DNA of 64,000 nucleotides from Octopus bimaculoides (GCF_001194135.2 NC_068986.1:40183998-40247997); one strand, 5' to 3'. Counted from the stretch's first letter, positions 1-13,647 are shown. Notes: generated from the sequence alone by a model not told the origin. Translations and numbers: made by a program.

Positions 1-18
1 ATATATATATATATATAG

Positions 19-290
19 GTGCAGGAGTGGCTGTGTGGTAAGTAGCTTGCTTATCAACCACATGGTTCTGGGTTCATTCCCACTGCGTGCCACCTTGGGC
101 TAGTGTCTTCTGCTATAGCCTCGGGCCAACCAAAGCCTTGTGAGTGGATTTGGTAGACGGAAACTGAATGATGCCCGTCGTATATATGTATATATATATG
201 TATGTGTGTGTATATGTTTGTGTGTCTGTGTTTGTCCCCCCAACATCGCTTGACAACCAATGCTGGTGTGTTTACGTCCCCGTAACTTAG
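19..290 (+). mobile_element. SINE family A (tRNA-derived head), 3'-truncated copy
   Basis: A-box-like TGGCTGTGTGGTAAG and B-box-like GGTTCATTCC, followed by the body and internal (TA)n/(TG)n shared with the copy at 24399-24828. Confidence 0.85.
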
Positions 291-384
291 TGATATTAAA
301 TATCTGAAGAATTGCCTGGTTTATATTACCTGTATCAATAACAATGTTACTTCTATAGGTAAATAAAATAAACATACAGTTTAT

Positions 385-1185
<801 letters not shown>

Positions 1186-1204
1186 CAAAGGCATTTAGTT
1201 AAAT

Positions 1205-1420
1205 GCTCAACTACTAAATCTCTTATCCACCACCAATATCTCTCCCTGTGAATATCACAGCTCTACCATCTTGAAAAATAAAGGAACACATTGAATGATA
1301 TTGGTTCTAGAGAGACTGTTTGAAGGAAAGAAAAGGAGCGGAGATTGGGAGATAGTCGTGGTTAGAATGCCTTTGATGATAGGTCAGCTCAATCAACCGG
1401 GGCTGGCCTGGGGCTAAACA
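1205..1420 (+). mobile_element. Repeat family D (probable LINE/SINE 3' tail); further copies at ~4180-4370(-), 17670-17860(+), 23630-23820(-), 33170-33325(-), 42040-42240(+), 43320-43490(+)
   Basis: Shared motifs ...CAGCCAAATCT... and ...GAATGCCTTTGATCATAGGTC...GGGCTAAACAA recur across copies. Confidence 0.65.
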
Positions 1421-1809
1421 ATATCATTATAAGGATATTAACAGAACCAAGATAAGGAAGATTATAAATAATGAGGTTTTAAGCCCATTTGAATGGAACC
1501 TGACTGAAATGCTGGGAGTTAATGGCAGCTAAAGAGGAAGAATAGGTCAGGGTTTACCGGGGGGGGGGGGATAGGAAGGGGGCAGCTGGAATGAGAAAGA
1601 AGTAGTTAGATAAGGAGGGAGTTGAAGGTGGGTAGGAGGTAAGGGTAAGGGGGTAGGAGTGCAGGGTGTTTAATTAAATGAAAGGGTCTCAGAAAAGGAA
1701 TTTTGTTTGAAGACAGAAAATGAATGGTAATATTTGCAATGCTACAAATATTTTCCAGAATGGCCGTGTATTGAGTGGAGCTATTTATAAACAATAACAT
1801 GGATGACAA

Positions 1810-2003
1810 TGTTCATAATGATGATGATAGTGTGTAAGACATGATGCTGTTGTTGGTGATGATGATGATGATACAGAAGAGGAGGATGGTAATGATGATG
1901 ATGAGGATAATGATGATGAGGAGGAGGAAGAGGAGGATAATGATGATTATGGTGATAAGGATGATGAGGATGCTGTTGCTGATGAATGATGATGATGATG
2001 ACG
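1810..2003. repeat. Degenerate (GAT/GAG)n low-complexity tract
   Basis: Directly visible. Confidence 0.9.
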
Positions 2004-2157
2004 GCATTGACAATTATATTAGAGTTTTAAAAAACGAAGTATAGATACAATTGTTTTTCCTTCAAAAGCAGAAACGAATCTAAAATTATGGAAAAAAAAA
2101 TACAAAGGACAAAAGATTAAAAAAAGAATTATACTATTTATAAACAAGATTCCTTTA

Positions 2158-2167
2158 TGTGTGTGTG

Positions 2168-2230
<63 letters not shown>
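2158..2230. repeat. (GT)n microsatellite abutting an N-gap
   Basis: Directly visible. Confidence 0.98.
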
Positions 2231-2661
2231 NNNNNNNNNNNNNNNNNNNNNNNNNNNNNNNNNNNNNNNNNNNNNNNNNNNNNNNNNNNNNNNNNNNNNN
2301 NNNNNNNNNNNNNNNNNNNNNNNNNNNNNNNNNNNNNNNNNNNNNNNNNNNNNNNNNNNNNNNNNNNNNNNNNNNNNNNNNNNNNNNNNNNNNNNNNNNN
2401 NNNNNNNNNNNNNNNNNNNNNNNNNNNNNNNNNNNNNNNNNNNNNNNNNNNNNNNNNNNNNNNNNNNNNNNNNNNNNNNNNNNNNNNNNNNNNNNNNNNN
2501 NNNNNNNNNNNNNNNNNNNNNNNNNNNNNNNNNNNNNNNNNNNNNNNNNNNNNNNNNNNNNNNNNNNNNNNNNNNNNNNNNNNNNNNNNNNNNNNNNNNN
2601 NNNNNNNNNNNNNNNNNNNNNATAATTATTAATGTATATATATATGCATATATGTTTGCAC

Positions 2662-2700
<39 letters not shown>

Positions 2701-3269
2701 CATATAATTATTAATGTATATATATAAGCATATATATTTGCACATATATATATATATATATATATGTCTATGTGTGCACATTTACTCACGCCTACCCACC
2801 CACCTACCCATCTACTTCTATCATTACCAATCAAGTAATTCAGTATTAATACCATTTATTACTATTATAGACTAGAAGCTAGTATTGTGTACAGCACACT
2901 AATTTCGGAGGTCTGAGTAATTTTGCATTCTTTTTTATTTTAATCAATCGAAGAACTTCCTTCTCTTTCTCTGCCTTTCTCTCCCTGTCTCTGCCTGCCT
3001 GTCTCTTTGTCTGTCTGTCTGTCTCTCTCTCTACGTGCATACATACACCCACACACACATGCATGTGTGTGGGTGTATATATATATATGTATATATGTAT
3101 ATACAAGTGTATGTGTGTGTGTAGATGTATACACACATGCACACACACATATGTGCATATACATACATATCTATCTGTCTGTCTCTCTCTCTCTCTCTCT
3201 CACTGTATATATATATACACATATACATACATATATATAGAGAGATATTTGTGTATATTTTTGTAAAAT

Positions 3270-3676
3270 TCTTTTACTTGTTTCAGTCATTTGACTGCAG
3301 CCATGTTGGAGCACTGCCTTTTAGTGAAAGAAATCAACCCCAGGACTTATTTTTTGTAAGCCTGGTATCCTATCAGTCTCTTTTGCTGAACCGCTAAATT
3401 ACAGGGATGTAAACACACCAACATCAGTTGTCAAGTGATGGTGGTGGGGACAAACATAGACACAAAGACACACATATAAATATATACATATATACATATA
3501 TATATATGTATATATACAACGGGCTTCTTTTCAGTTTCTGTCTACCAAATCCACTCACAAGGTTTTGGTCAGCCTGACACTGTAGTAGAAGACACTTGGC
3601 CAAGATGCCATGCAGTGGGACTGAACCTGGAAGCATGTGGTTGGAAAGCAAGCTCCTTACCACACAGCCATGCCTG
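3270..3676 (-). mobile_element. SINE family A, near full length
   Basis: Reverse complement of the 24399-24828 pattern, with internal (TA)n. Confidence 0.85.
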
Positions 3677-3680
3677 TATG

Positions 3681-3715
<35 letters not shown>

Positions 3716-3973
3716 NNNNNNNNNNNNNNNNNNNNNNNNNNNNNNNNNNNNNNNNNNNNNNNNNNNNNNNNNNNNNNNNNNNNNNNNNNNNNNNNNNNNN
3801 NNNNNNNNNNNNNNNNNNNNNNNNNNNNNNNNNNNNNNNNNNNNNNNNNTATATATAATTCTGCCAATTTTGTGTGTGTGTACATAAATGGATGTTTCAG
3901 TAGCTTGCCATGCACACACACTTACTAACCCTTGCATCTATCCATTGGTTTCAGGATCTTGTCAGAGGCAAGC

Positions 3974-4135
3974 AGAAGAAGAAGAAGAAGAAGAAGAAGA
4001 AGAAGAAGAAGAAGAAGAAGAAGAAGACGAAGAAGAAGAAGAAGAAGAAGAAGAAGAAGAAGAAGAAGAAGAAGAAGAAGAAGAAGAAGAAGAAGAAGAA
4101 GAAGAAGAAGAAGAAGATAGATAGATAGATAGATC
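3974..4135. repeat. (GAA)n plus (GATA)n microsatellite
   Basis: Directly visible. Confidence 0.98.
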
Positions 4136-4682
4136 AACAAAAGTGTTGAGATCTGTCATGGAGTAGCCTCCTTGTTGTATACAAGATTCTTTGAACAGAC
4201 ATAGGATTAAAAGCATTCCAACCCTGTCCATTCTGTCATTCCAAATATCTGGAGATTTATTTTCTGATGCTTCTTTTGCTTCCTCAAGATGGTAAGGTTT
4301 GACTTGAAGATATTTGGCTGTTATTTCTAGCACGTTGAGCAACAACATGGAGGCTGATTCATTGGCTTGTAAAACAAGATTGTCACAAGATCTAGTGATA
4401 TAATCATGGTCTGAAGAGTACTGAGTCACTGGCATTCTTTGACAAATCCAATATGACTGCCATCATCGTAGATAGATAGGTAGATAAATAAATGGATTAA
4501 GGGTCTTTATTACCATTTATGCACAGGTATACGGTATAAGCTGACAGAATCATTTGCACACTGGGCAAAATCATTGTGGTGTTTCATCTGTATTTACATT
4601 CTAAGTTCAAATTCTGCCAAGGCCGACTTTGCTTTTTAACTTTATGGGGTTGATAAAATAAGTATCAAGAGAACAGGAGTCA

Positions 4683-5135
4683 ATCATCATCATCGTTGTT
4701 TAACGTCCGCTTTCCATGCTAGCATGGGTTGGATGATTTGACAGAGGACTGGTGAAACCAGATGGCTACACCAGGCTCCAATCTGATCTGGCAGAGTTTC
4801 TACAGCTGGATGCCCTTCCTAACGCCAACCACTCTAAGAGTGTAGTGGGTGCTTTTACGTGCCACCGGCACGAAGGCCAGTCAGATGGTACTGGCAACAG
4901 CCATGCTCAAAATGATGCATTTTACATGCCACCTGCACAGGAGCCAGTTCAGTGGCACTGGCAATGATCTCACTTGAATGTCTTTACACATGCCATCCAG
5001 CACAAGTGCCAGGGAGGCGATGCTGGGCACAGGTGCCATCACGATTTTGCTTTCGCTTGTCCCAACAGGTCTTCACAAGCTGAGTTTCGTGTCCAATGAA
5101 GGAGACGACGTTGGCATGGGTGCCAGTCGTTGAAT
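4683..5135 (-). mobile_element. RTE-LINE 3'-end repeat (family C, (GAT)n tail); further copies at ~9085-9329(+), 11205-11430(-), 12125-12320(-), 12790-13010(-), 14880-15130(+), 22750-22960(-), 26780-26960(+), 32385-32545(-), 56560-56780(+)
   Basis: Matches the 3' UTR following the RT coding fragment at 29776-30726 (GGAAGGGCATCCAGC...CATGCTAGCATGGAAAGCGGACGTTAAAC(GAT)n). Confidence 0.85.
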
Positions 5136-5204
5136 GAAGGAGACAACTCGACTTTCCCCTACCCCAAATTTGCTGGTCTTGTGCTAAAATTTGAAAGCAT
5201 TTAG

Positions 5205-5361
5205 GCACAGGTTGTTTGGTTAAGAAACTCACTTTGCAGTCATGTGATTTTAGGTTCAGTCCCACCTGCATGGCACCTTGGATAAGTGTCATCTACTTGA
5301 GCTCCAAACTGATCAATGTCTTGTGAATGAATGTGGTAAGCAGAAACTGTGTAGAAGCTTG

Positions 5362-5411
<50 letters not shown>

Positions 5412-5622
5412 GTTTATCCCTCACCATGGGTTGACAACTAGTGTTGGTGTGTTTACACTCTCATATCTTAGTGGTTTGGCAAAAGAGACCAATAGAATGA
5501 GTACCAGACTTGAACACCAGAAGAAAAGAAGGAGAAATATTGGGATTGATTTGTTCAACTAAAACCATTCAAAGTGGTGTCCCAGCATGGCTGCAATCCA
5601 ATGACTGAAACAAATAAAAGAT
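5205..5622 (+). mobile_element. SINE family A, diverged full-length copy
   Basis: Head, internal (TG)n and 3' module CCAGCATGGCTGCAATCCAATGACTGAAAC. Confidence 0.8.
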
Positions 5623-6242
5623 GAAGAGAAAAGATTTATTTGGGAATGGAAAGGTAATGTTCATGGCATTTAAAAAAAATTTTCAGAACCTCCAAGACTA
5701 GTAGATGTTATTCCTCCAACAGAATGAACACTACTAAAGTCTCCCAAAGACCCTGATGGTATCATAAATCTTTTTGATACCAACATGCCCAAACTGCCTT
5801 TGATTCTATGGCACAGACTTGCTGCTTTAAAATGATCCATATTTAAAATTTCTCTTTATAAAATTTCATGTTTATTTATGTTTCAAACATCAGCTTAAAA
5901 ACAAAAACATAACTTTATTATATTCTTCATTGTTTCTGAAGTTTGTTACCATATTTCAACAGAAATATGGTAACAAAATGATTAAACTGTGGAGCAGACT
6001 AAGTCAGCAGACTAACAACTCAGAGTGGAAACAGTCAGAACAAATAATTCTTACTGCCATAGGCACAAGGCCAGAAATTTTAGAGGAAGGTTCTAGTCAA
6101 TTTCGTTGACCCCACTGCTCAAATGGTATTTATTTGACCCTGAAAGGATAAAAAACAAAGTTGACCTTTGTGGAATTTGAACTTAGGATATAAAGCCAGA
6201 AGAAATGTCACCAAGCATTTTGTTCCGCATTATTTTATTTTT

Positions 6243-6476
6243 ATTCTTTTACTTGTTTCAGTCATTTTGACTGCAGCCATGCTGGAGCACCACCTGAAAG
6301 GAATTTTTAGTCAAAGAAATCGATCCCAGGACTTATTCTTTGTAAGCCTAGTACTTATTGTATCATCTCTTTTACTGAAATGCTAGGTCACAGGGATGTA
6401 AACACACCAGCATTGGTTGTCAAGCGATGGTAGTGGGGACAAACACACACAAACACACAAACACATAAATATATAN
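6243..6476 (-). mobile_element. SINE family A 3' half (5' half lies at 8090-8256, separated by the Tc1 insertion)
   Basis: Same orientation as 8090-8256; the two halves meet at (TA)n on either side of the Tc1. Confidence 0.8.
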
Positions 6477-6492
6477 NNNNNNNNNNNNNNNN

Positions 6493-6538
<46 letters not shown>

Positions 6539-6555
6539 TGCATGTATATATATAT

Positions 6556-8080
6556 AAACTGAACCACAAAAGAAACGTAGCACAAATACTAAATAGAAAC
6601 CGGTTTATTAACAGACTGCCATAGCATTGATTGAAGAGTGCTAATTGAGAAACCATTCTTTCCTAACGATAAAACGTTATTTTCTGAAACATGTTTTATG
6701 TCACATGGTGTCACATGATGACAGAGCATCCTGGATCCAAAGAGATGAACTCAATATCTTGTGTGACCACCATTAGCATTGATTACCGTCAAGTATCTTC
6801 TGTATACTGAATGCACCAAATGATTGATGAAGGCCATGGGGGTAGCAGCCTACACTCTGTTAAGACTTGCAGTGAGTTGTGCCACAGTTGTTGGCCTTGG
6901 ATGGATATCATTTAGCCTTCTTTGGATTTCGTCCCACAAGTGCTCTATGGGGTTCAAGTTCAGTCTTAGGGCTGGCCATGGTAGTGTCTGGATTTGTGCT
7001 GTTGGAGGATGTCTGTTGTTCACTTGGCAGTATTGGCATGAGCATTGTCATGTTGGAACACATGATTCCAATGACGGGCAAAGTATGACACAATGTGAGG
7101 CCTCAACACTTGGTCAATGTAGCGATCAGCTTTTACTCAATTGCTCCTGACTTGGCTGATATTTTGGAAGGCAATTGGTCCAAGTTTCTGGTTGAGTGCA
7201 ATCCTGTCCATCCCATGATGGTCTGTTCTCCCCATGAGTCTCTCCCCACCACACAGCCATCAACATGACATTCACCCCTTCTTCTCCAAACCCTAGCTTT
7301 GCTATCTGTCACAGAAATGCAATATCAACTTTCATCAGAGAAAACTACAGTCCTCCACTGCTGATAGTGCCAGTTCTGATGTTTTGAGTCTCCTGCAGAT
7401 GTGCTCAGCAATGATAATCTGTGAGGATGGGAGCCCCTAGCCAGATGTCAACAAGACAGATTGAAAGATCTCAGCCAGCGGTGAACTGTCTCTGCACAAA
7501 TGGGTCTGTGGTGAGTCCCTATGGTCTGCCTAGCTGATTCCGTTGCCCTTTGGAATAGTTCCTGCAAGTGCCGTTGGTGCAGGTGGTGATCTTGACATGC
7601 TGTTGTAACCCTCAGTCGGTCACTGCATGGATGATCATCCATACTGTTTGTGGCATTGTATCATTCCCTCGGCTGCTCAGTTGTCTGAATACTGCAGTTC
7701 AAGTCATTAGCAATGACCTATGGATGTTGACCAGCATGGAGATGTCCAATGGCTTGCTCCTTCCGATTTTGTGTCAGTTTTGGCTTGCTTGCTGCGTTCA
7801 GGAAACGAATGACAGGCTGGTGCCTTTTATAATTTGGGTGCCTTTTATACCCAATGAGTCAACATTTTCGCACATGCATCTTGCTTTTCATTAAGAAGTG
7901 TTCACAAGCATTACCAACCTAACATGCAATCCTTGTATTTTCAAAAGAGAGTAGTGTTGTGGATCAGTGACATCTTCCTGATGTCAAATTACCTAGAAAT
8001 GTGATAAAATCCATATGATCTCAATATCATGTATGAAACAAATAATCTTTTACAGTGCGAAGTTTCTTTTTTAGTTCAGT
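6556..8080 (-). mobile_element. Decayed Tc1/mariner (Tc1-type) DNA transposon with broken transposase
   Basis: Imperfect TIRs (AACTGAACCACAAAAGAAACGTAGCAC vs GTGCGAAGTTTCTTTTTAGTTCAGT) with TA flanks. Minus-strand fragments read RLRVTTACQDHHLHQRHLQELFQRATESARQTIG..RPICAETVHRWLR (HTH region) and LNPIEHLWDEIQRRL (Tc1 catalytic-Glu motif). Multiple stops and frameshifts. Confidence 0.9.
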
Positions 8081-8089
8081 ATATTTATA

Positions 8090-8256
8090 TACAACAGGTT
8101 TCTTTCAGTTTCCATCTACCAAATCTACTCACAAGGTGTTGATTGGCTTGAGGCTGTAGTAGAAGACTCATGCCCAAGGTGCCATGCAATAGGACTGAAC
8201 CCAGAACCATGTAGTTGGGAAGCAAGCTTCTTGCTACACAGCCATGCCTGTGCCTA
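8090..8256 (-). mobile_element. SINE family A 5' half
   Basis: Reverse complement of the tRNA-like head and GGATTTGGTAGATGGAAACTGAAAG. Confidence 0.85.
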
Positions 8257-8624
8257 TGCTAACATTTATGCCAGCTCTCTAGCAGAAAAGAATAATGGCA
8301 ATGAATCTTATTGAACATTTACCCAACTGTACCAATCCAAATCTAAAGACTTTATAAATTTTATGTTATTAACCCTGAAAGGATAAAAAGCAAAATTTAT
8401 CTTGGTGAAATTTGAACTCAGAATACACACAGTTGGAATAAATACCACTCTGACAACTCTAACAATTTGCCAACTATTGGTTTTATGGTCAAATTATAAT
8501 TACCAGCATTCATAAAATATCTAACTACTTTTCTTTAGTAACAGCAAAAAAAAAAAAAAAAAAAAAAAAGAAGAGAAAAAAAACTGTTGAGGAAAGCTGC
8601 TTGACTGTTTTTCTTGCAACTTTT

Positions 8625-9022
8625 ATAGCTGTGTAGTTAAAAAGTTTGTTTTCCAACCATGTGGTTTTGAGTTCAGTTCCACTGTGCAGCACCTTGGGCA
8701 AGAGTCTTCTATTACAGCTTGAGCCAAATGTAATTCTTGTGGATTCAGTAAACAGAAACCAAAAGAAGCCTGTAATATATATATGTGTGTGTTATTTCTT
8801 TACTACCACAAGGGGCTACACACAGAGGGGACAAATAAAGACAGACAAACGGATTAAGTCAATTATACTGACCCCAGTGCATAACTGGTACTTATTTAAT
8901 CGACCCCGAAAGGATGAAAGGCAAAGTCAACTTCAGCGGAATTTGAACTCAGAATGTAACGGCAGACGAAATACCGCTAAGCATTTTGCCCTGCATGCTA
9001 ATATTTCTGCCAGCTCGCCACC
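8625..9022. mobile_element. SINE A 5' half (+, ~8625-8780) adjoining SINE B with the alternative tail (-, ~8795-9022)
   Basis: Family motifs recognisable in both parts. Confidence 0.8.
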
Positions 9023-9284
9023 GTATATATATGTATGTGTGTGTGTGCATGCATGCACATGCACGTGTGTGTGTGTGTACCTTTGTCTTGAAATCATGGT
9101 TGTTAACAAACATCTCCATCATATGAGCTGTGTTGTTCATTTCCAGTCGATGGGGATATATTACCTTGCTTGGAAATAGGTAAGGGTTGGTAAAAGGGAA
9201 GACATTTGGCAATAAAAAATCTACCTCAGTGGATTCCTCCTGACCCATAGAAGCATGGAAAAGTGGATGTTAAATGATGATGAC

Positions 9285-9330
<46 letters not shown>

Positions 9331-9654
9331 ATGTTTCTGTGTACAGGTGTGTATATGTGAGCATGTGTGTGTGTGCATGTGTGTAGGCATGGCTGTGAGG
9401 TTAAGAATATTTGCTTTCTAGCCATATGGTTTCAGGTTCAATTCCACAGCATGGCACCTTGGGAAAGTGCCTTCTCTTATAACTCTGGGTTAACCAAAGC
9501 CTTGAAAGAGGATTAGGTTAAAGAAAGCTAAAATTAGCCTGTCGTATACTTATTTGTGTGTGTATTTGTGTCCCTTTGTCCTGGCATTGCATGATAAAAG
9601 TAAACAAATGTCACTATCATATAAGTGGTGTCTTCCATGAAAACATGTCCAGCA

Positions 9655-10050
9655 GGCGTGGCTCTGTTGTAAGAAGCTTGCTTCCCAACCACATGGTTGT
9701 GAGTTCAGTCCTTGGGCAAGTATCTTCTTCTGTAGCTTCGGGTCGACCATAGTTTGTGAGTGGATCTGGTTGACAGAAACTGAAAGAAGCTCATTGTATG
9801 CATGCGTGCACGAGCATGTGTGTGTGTATTCTTGTATCTGCGTTTGTCCCTCACCACTACTTGACAACCAGTGTTGATGTGCTTATATCCCTTTAACTTA
9901 GTAGTTTGGCAAAAGAGATCAACAGAATAAGTACCAAGCTTTAAAAAAATAAGTACTGGGGTTGATTCATTCGACTTAAAATTCTTCAAGGTAGTGCCCC
10001 AGCATGGCCGCAGTCTAATGATCAAAACAAGTAAGAGATAAAAGATAAAA
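9655..10050 (+). mobile_element. SINE family A, full length
   Basis: Head, body and 3' module ending CAGTCTAATGATCAAAACAAGTAAGAG. Confidence 0.85.
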
Positions 10051-10059
10051 ATGTGGGAA

Positions 10060-10710
10060 AATGTTCTTTTCTACTCTAGGCACAAGGCCCAAAATTTTTG
10101 GGGAGGGGGCCAGTCGATTGGATCAACCCCAGTACACAACTGGTACTTAATTTATTGACCTTGAAAGGATGAAAGGCAAAGTCAACCTCGGCAGAATTTG
10201 AACTCAGAACGTAAAGATAGATGAAATACTGCTAGGCATTTCGCCTGGCATGCTAACATTTCTGCCTTACTGTTTCATAAATATTCTTTTCTACTCTAAG
10301 CATGAGGCCCGAAATTTTTGTGGAGGGGGCCAGTCAATTAGAGCGACCCCAGTATGCAACTGGTACTTAATTTATTAACCCTGAAAGGATGAAAGGCAAA
10401 GTCAACCTTGGTGGAATTTGAATGTAAAGACAGACAAAATACTGCTAAACATTTCGCCCACCATGCTAATGTTTTTTATTTCTTTATTGCCCACAAGGGG
10501 CCAAACATAGAGGGGACAAACAAGGACAGACAAAGGGATTAAGTCGATTACATCGACCCCAGTGCATAACTGGTACTTAATTTATCGACCTCTGCGGAAT
10601 TTGAACTCAGAACGTAACGGCAGACGAAATACCGCTAAGCATTTCGCCCGGCGCGCTAACGATTGTGCCAGCTCACCACCTTCTAATGTTTCCGCCAGCT
10701 TGCTGCCTTA
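10060..10710 (-). mobile_element. Head-to-tail array of three SINE family B copies
   Basis: Three repeats of the GACCCCAGT..ACTGGTACTTAATTTAT..GAATTTGAA core. Confidence 0.85.
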
Positions 10711-10954
10711 AAATGTGGGAAAAAATTACCTAGCTTGGAGACATCTAAGAGTTGGTGATAGGATTTGATTCCAATCATAAAAAAAATATTGCCTCAATGA
10801 ATTCCTTTTGATCCATGCATGCATGGAAATATGTATTTCAAAATGATAATGATTATAACGGTCAGAAGGAATTAACAGCAGTGCTCCAGCATGGTCACAG
10901 GTCTTAAGCTGAAACTAGTAAAAGAAATATATGTACACATTTTCTTTTTCACAG

Positions 10955-11019
10955 GCAAGAAGGATTATTTTTCTGTAGGAGCCAGATTTCAAAAAAATTT
11001 AAAAAAATTAAAAATCCTG
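10955..11019 (+). CDS. Candidate internal exon (GKKDYFSVGARFQKNLKKLKIL or QEGLFFCRSQISKKFKKIKNP), product unknown
   Basis: Acceptor TTTTCTTTTTCACAG and donor CTG|GTGAGC; two frames open; no recognised homology. Confidence 0.25.
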
Positions 11020-11729
11020 GTGAGCTGTATCAACAAAAAAATAATCTGTATAAAATCTGCAGGGAAAAATAAATATACGTATAAATTACGATGACTGATT
11101 TGTCACAGAAGTGAAAGTTTTATCATCATCAACACTGTCATCATCATCATCGTCGTTGTCACCTCACCCCCACCACCACCTCCACCATCATCCTCATTGT
11201 CATCATCATCAGTGCTTAGTATCCATTTTTCCATGCTTGCATGGATCGGCCGAAATTTGTTGAAGTGAATTTTCTATAGTTGGACACCCTTCCTGTTGCC
11301 ACACTTCATCTGTTTCCAAATAAAGCATTATTCCCTAGGAGCAGATCTATTTTGACAGAAGATTGGAAATGAAGGACGTTGCTCCCATAATAACGACATC
11401 TATTTACAACTATCTCATGAAGTTAAGGTAAAGAGACAGTAATACACACATGCTCACATACATATGTACATACATACATACATATATATAAGAAAGAATA
11501 TATATATATATATATATATATATANNNNNNNNNNNNNNNNNNNNNNNNNNNNNNNNNNNNNNNNNNNNNNNNNNNNNNNNNNNNNNNNNNNNNNNNNNNN
11601 NNNNNNNNNNNNNNNNNNNNNNNNNNNNNNNNNNNNNNNNNNNNNNNNNNNNNNNNNNNNNNNNNNNNNNNNNNNNNNNNNNNNNNNNNNNNNNNNNNNN
11701 NNNNNNNNNNNNTATATATATATTCTTTC

Positions 11730-11914
11730 TTTTATTCTTTTACTTGTTTCAGTCATTTGACTGTAGCCATGCTGGAATACTGCTGCTAGTCGAACAAATT
11801 GCCCCCAGGACTTATTCTTTGTAAGCCTAGTACTTATTCTATCAGTCTCTTTTGCCAAACCGCTAAGTTACAAGGACACAAACACACCAGCATCATACAA
11901 ACACAGACACACAG

Positions 11915-11960
<46 letters not shown>

Positions 11961-12118
11961 CAGGCTTCTTTCAATTTCCATCTACCAAATCCACTCACAA
12001 GGCTTCGGTCAGCTTGAGACTATAGTAGAAGTATTGAGACACTTGCCCAAGATGCCATGTAGTGGGACTGAAACCAGAACCCTGTGGTTGGGAAGCAAGC
12101 TTCTTACCACACTGCCAC
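11730..12118 (-). mobile_element. SINE family A, full length
   Basis: Reverse complement match with internal (TA)n. Confidence 0.85.
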
Positions 12119-13049
12119 TACTATCATCGTCATCATCATCATTTAATGTCCCTTTTCTATGCTGGCATGGGTTGGACATGTTGGACTTGAGCTGGCAAGC
12201 TGGAGGGCTGCACCAGGCTCCAGTCATCTATTTTGGCATGGTTTCTAGGGCTGGATGGCCTTTCTAATGTCGACCACTTTACAGAGCATACTGGGTGCTT
12301 TTTACATTGCGCTGGTACAGGTGCTTTTTTCGACATTGGGCTTCTTTCAGTTTCTATCAACCAAACTCACTCACAAGGCTTTGGTCAACCTGGAGCTATA
12401 GTAGAAGACATTTTCCCAAGGTGTCATATAGTGAGACTGTACCTAAAACCATATTGTTAGACAAGGAATTTATTAACTCCACAACCAAGTCTTCTTTTGT
12501 TTACTGTTTTCAATTCCAGATACTTCTGAATACTGGTCTTTATTCCTTCAAAAGTATTTAAAATCAAAAATTTTTCAAACTGGTACTCCTGACTCACTTA
12601 TCTCTCTTCTTCTCCTCACCCATATTATGTTCCTCACAACACCCTAGGTTCTGCACTAACCACTGTGCCCAGGTCTTTCTTTCTAGATTGTCAACAACAA
12701 TTCAAGAGAAATACTGACTACATTGATCTTAGAGAGACTATGAAGGCCATAGGGATAGTACTTTTCTTTTGATGAAACTATCATTGTCATTATCCTCATT
12801 TTAATGTCTACTTTTCCATACTTGTATGAGTCAAATGGAATTTGCTGAGGAGATTTTTATGGTCAGATGCCCTTCCAGTTGTCAATCCTCCACCTCTCTT
12901 CCAAGTAATTTAATATTTTCTCTTGACCAAACGTTTTGATGAAAGATTGAAAATGAATGACACTGCTTCTATGAAGGTGGTGCTTATTTACAACTATCAT
13001 CCAATATCAAGACTAGGAGAGAAAACACACACATATGCATGCACGCGTG

Positions 13050-13080
<31 letters not shown>

Positions 13081-13608
13081 ACAAGCACACACACACACAC
13101 ACACACACAATGTATATGATGGACTTTTTTGCTTTCTGTCAACCAAATCCACTCACAAGGCTTTGGGCAGCCCGAAGCTATAGTAGAAATCCTTTGCCAA
13201 AGGTGTCATTCAGTGGGACTGAACCTAAAACCATGTGGTTATGAAGCAAACTTGTTAATCACACAGCCAAGCAAAAGAAATAGAAAAAAATGTCTGATGT
13301 CTAATGTCTAATGTTTGATATCAAGTTCTTTCAAAGTTACAAACCACAGATCAGGTGAATCTGGGAACAGAAAAATTGATTTGATCAATTCTAGTTACTT
13401 GACTGTAATTTACTTTGACAACATTAAAATTAGGAAAAAAATAAGGCTGACATCCTCTGGATTTGATCTCAGAATGTAAAGGGAGATAACTGAATACCAC
13501 CAGGCTTTTCCAATTCTATTCATCCAATTAAGTCTAATATCAACAAAATAGAGCACATACATTATTTACAAGATTTGTAATTTGCACTACTTGTGAGACT
13601 ATACATAC

Positions 13609-13647
13609 CTTTAGAAAACATTGCTTTTATAACTAGCAAACACTTGT
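13609..13647 (-). CDS. Candidate small exon (KCLLVIKAMFSK; could carry an ATG start)
   Basis: Acceptor TGTTTTGCTAATTCAAG and strong donor AAG|GTATGT in unique sequence. Confidence 0.3.

Noticed and set aside
1545-1670. G-rich strand with possible G-quadruplex
   Set aside because: Low-complexity purine tract typical of this genome, with irregular G-runs and no functional context.
2019-2855. Long ORFs in the track crossing N-gaps (also 3424-3937, 11454-11858, 29828-30660, 45918-46481, 49309-49797)
   Set aside because: Their length comes from X runs and microsatellites; only the RTE part of 29738-30511 is real coding sequence.
8646-9179. 177-aa ORF
   Set aside because: Chimeric read-through of SINE-A, SINE-B and (TG)n; recurring peptides such as MNSERxxxRNTAKHFA and MPKVPCSGTEP are SINE translations.
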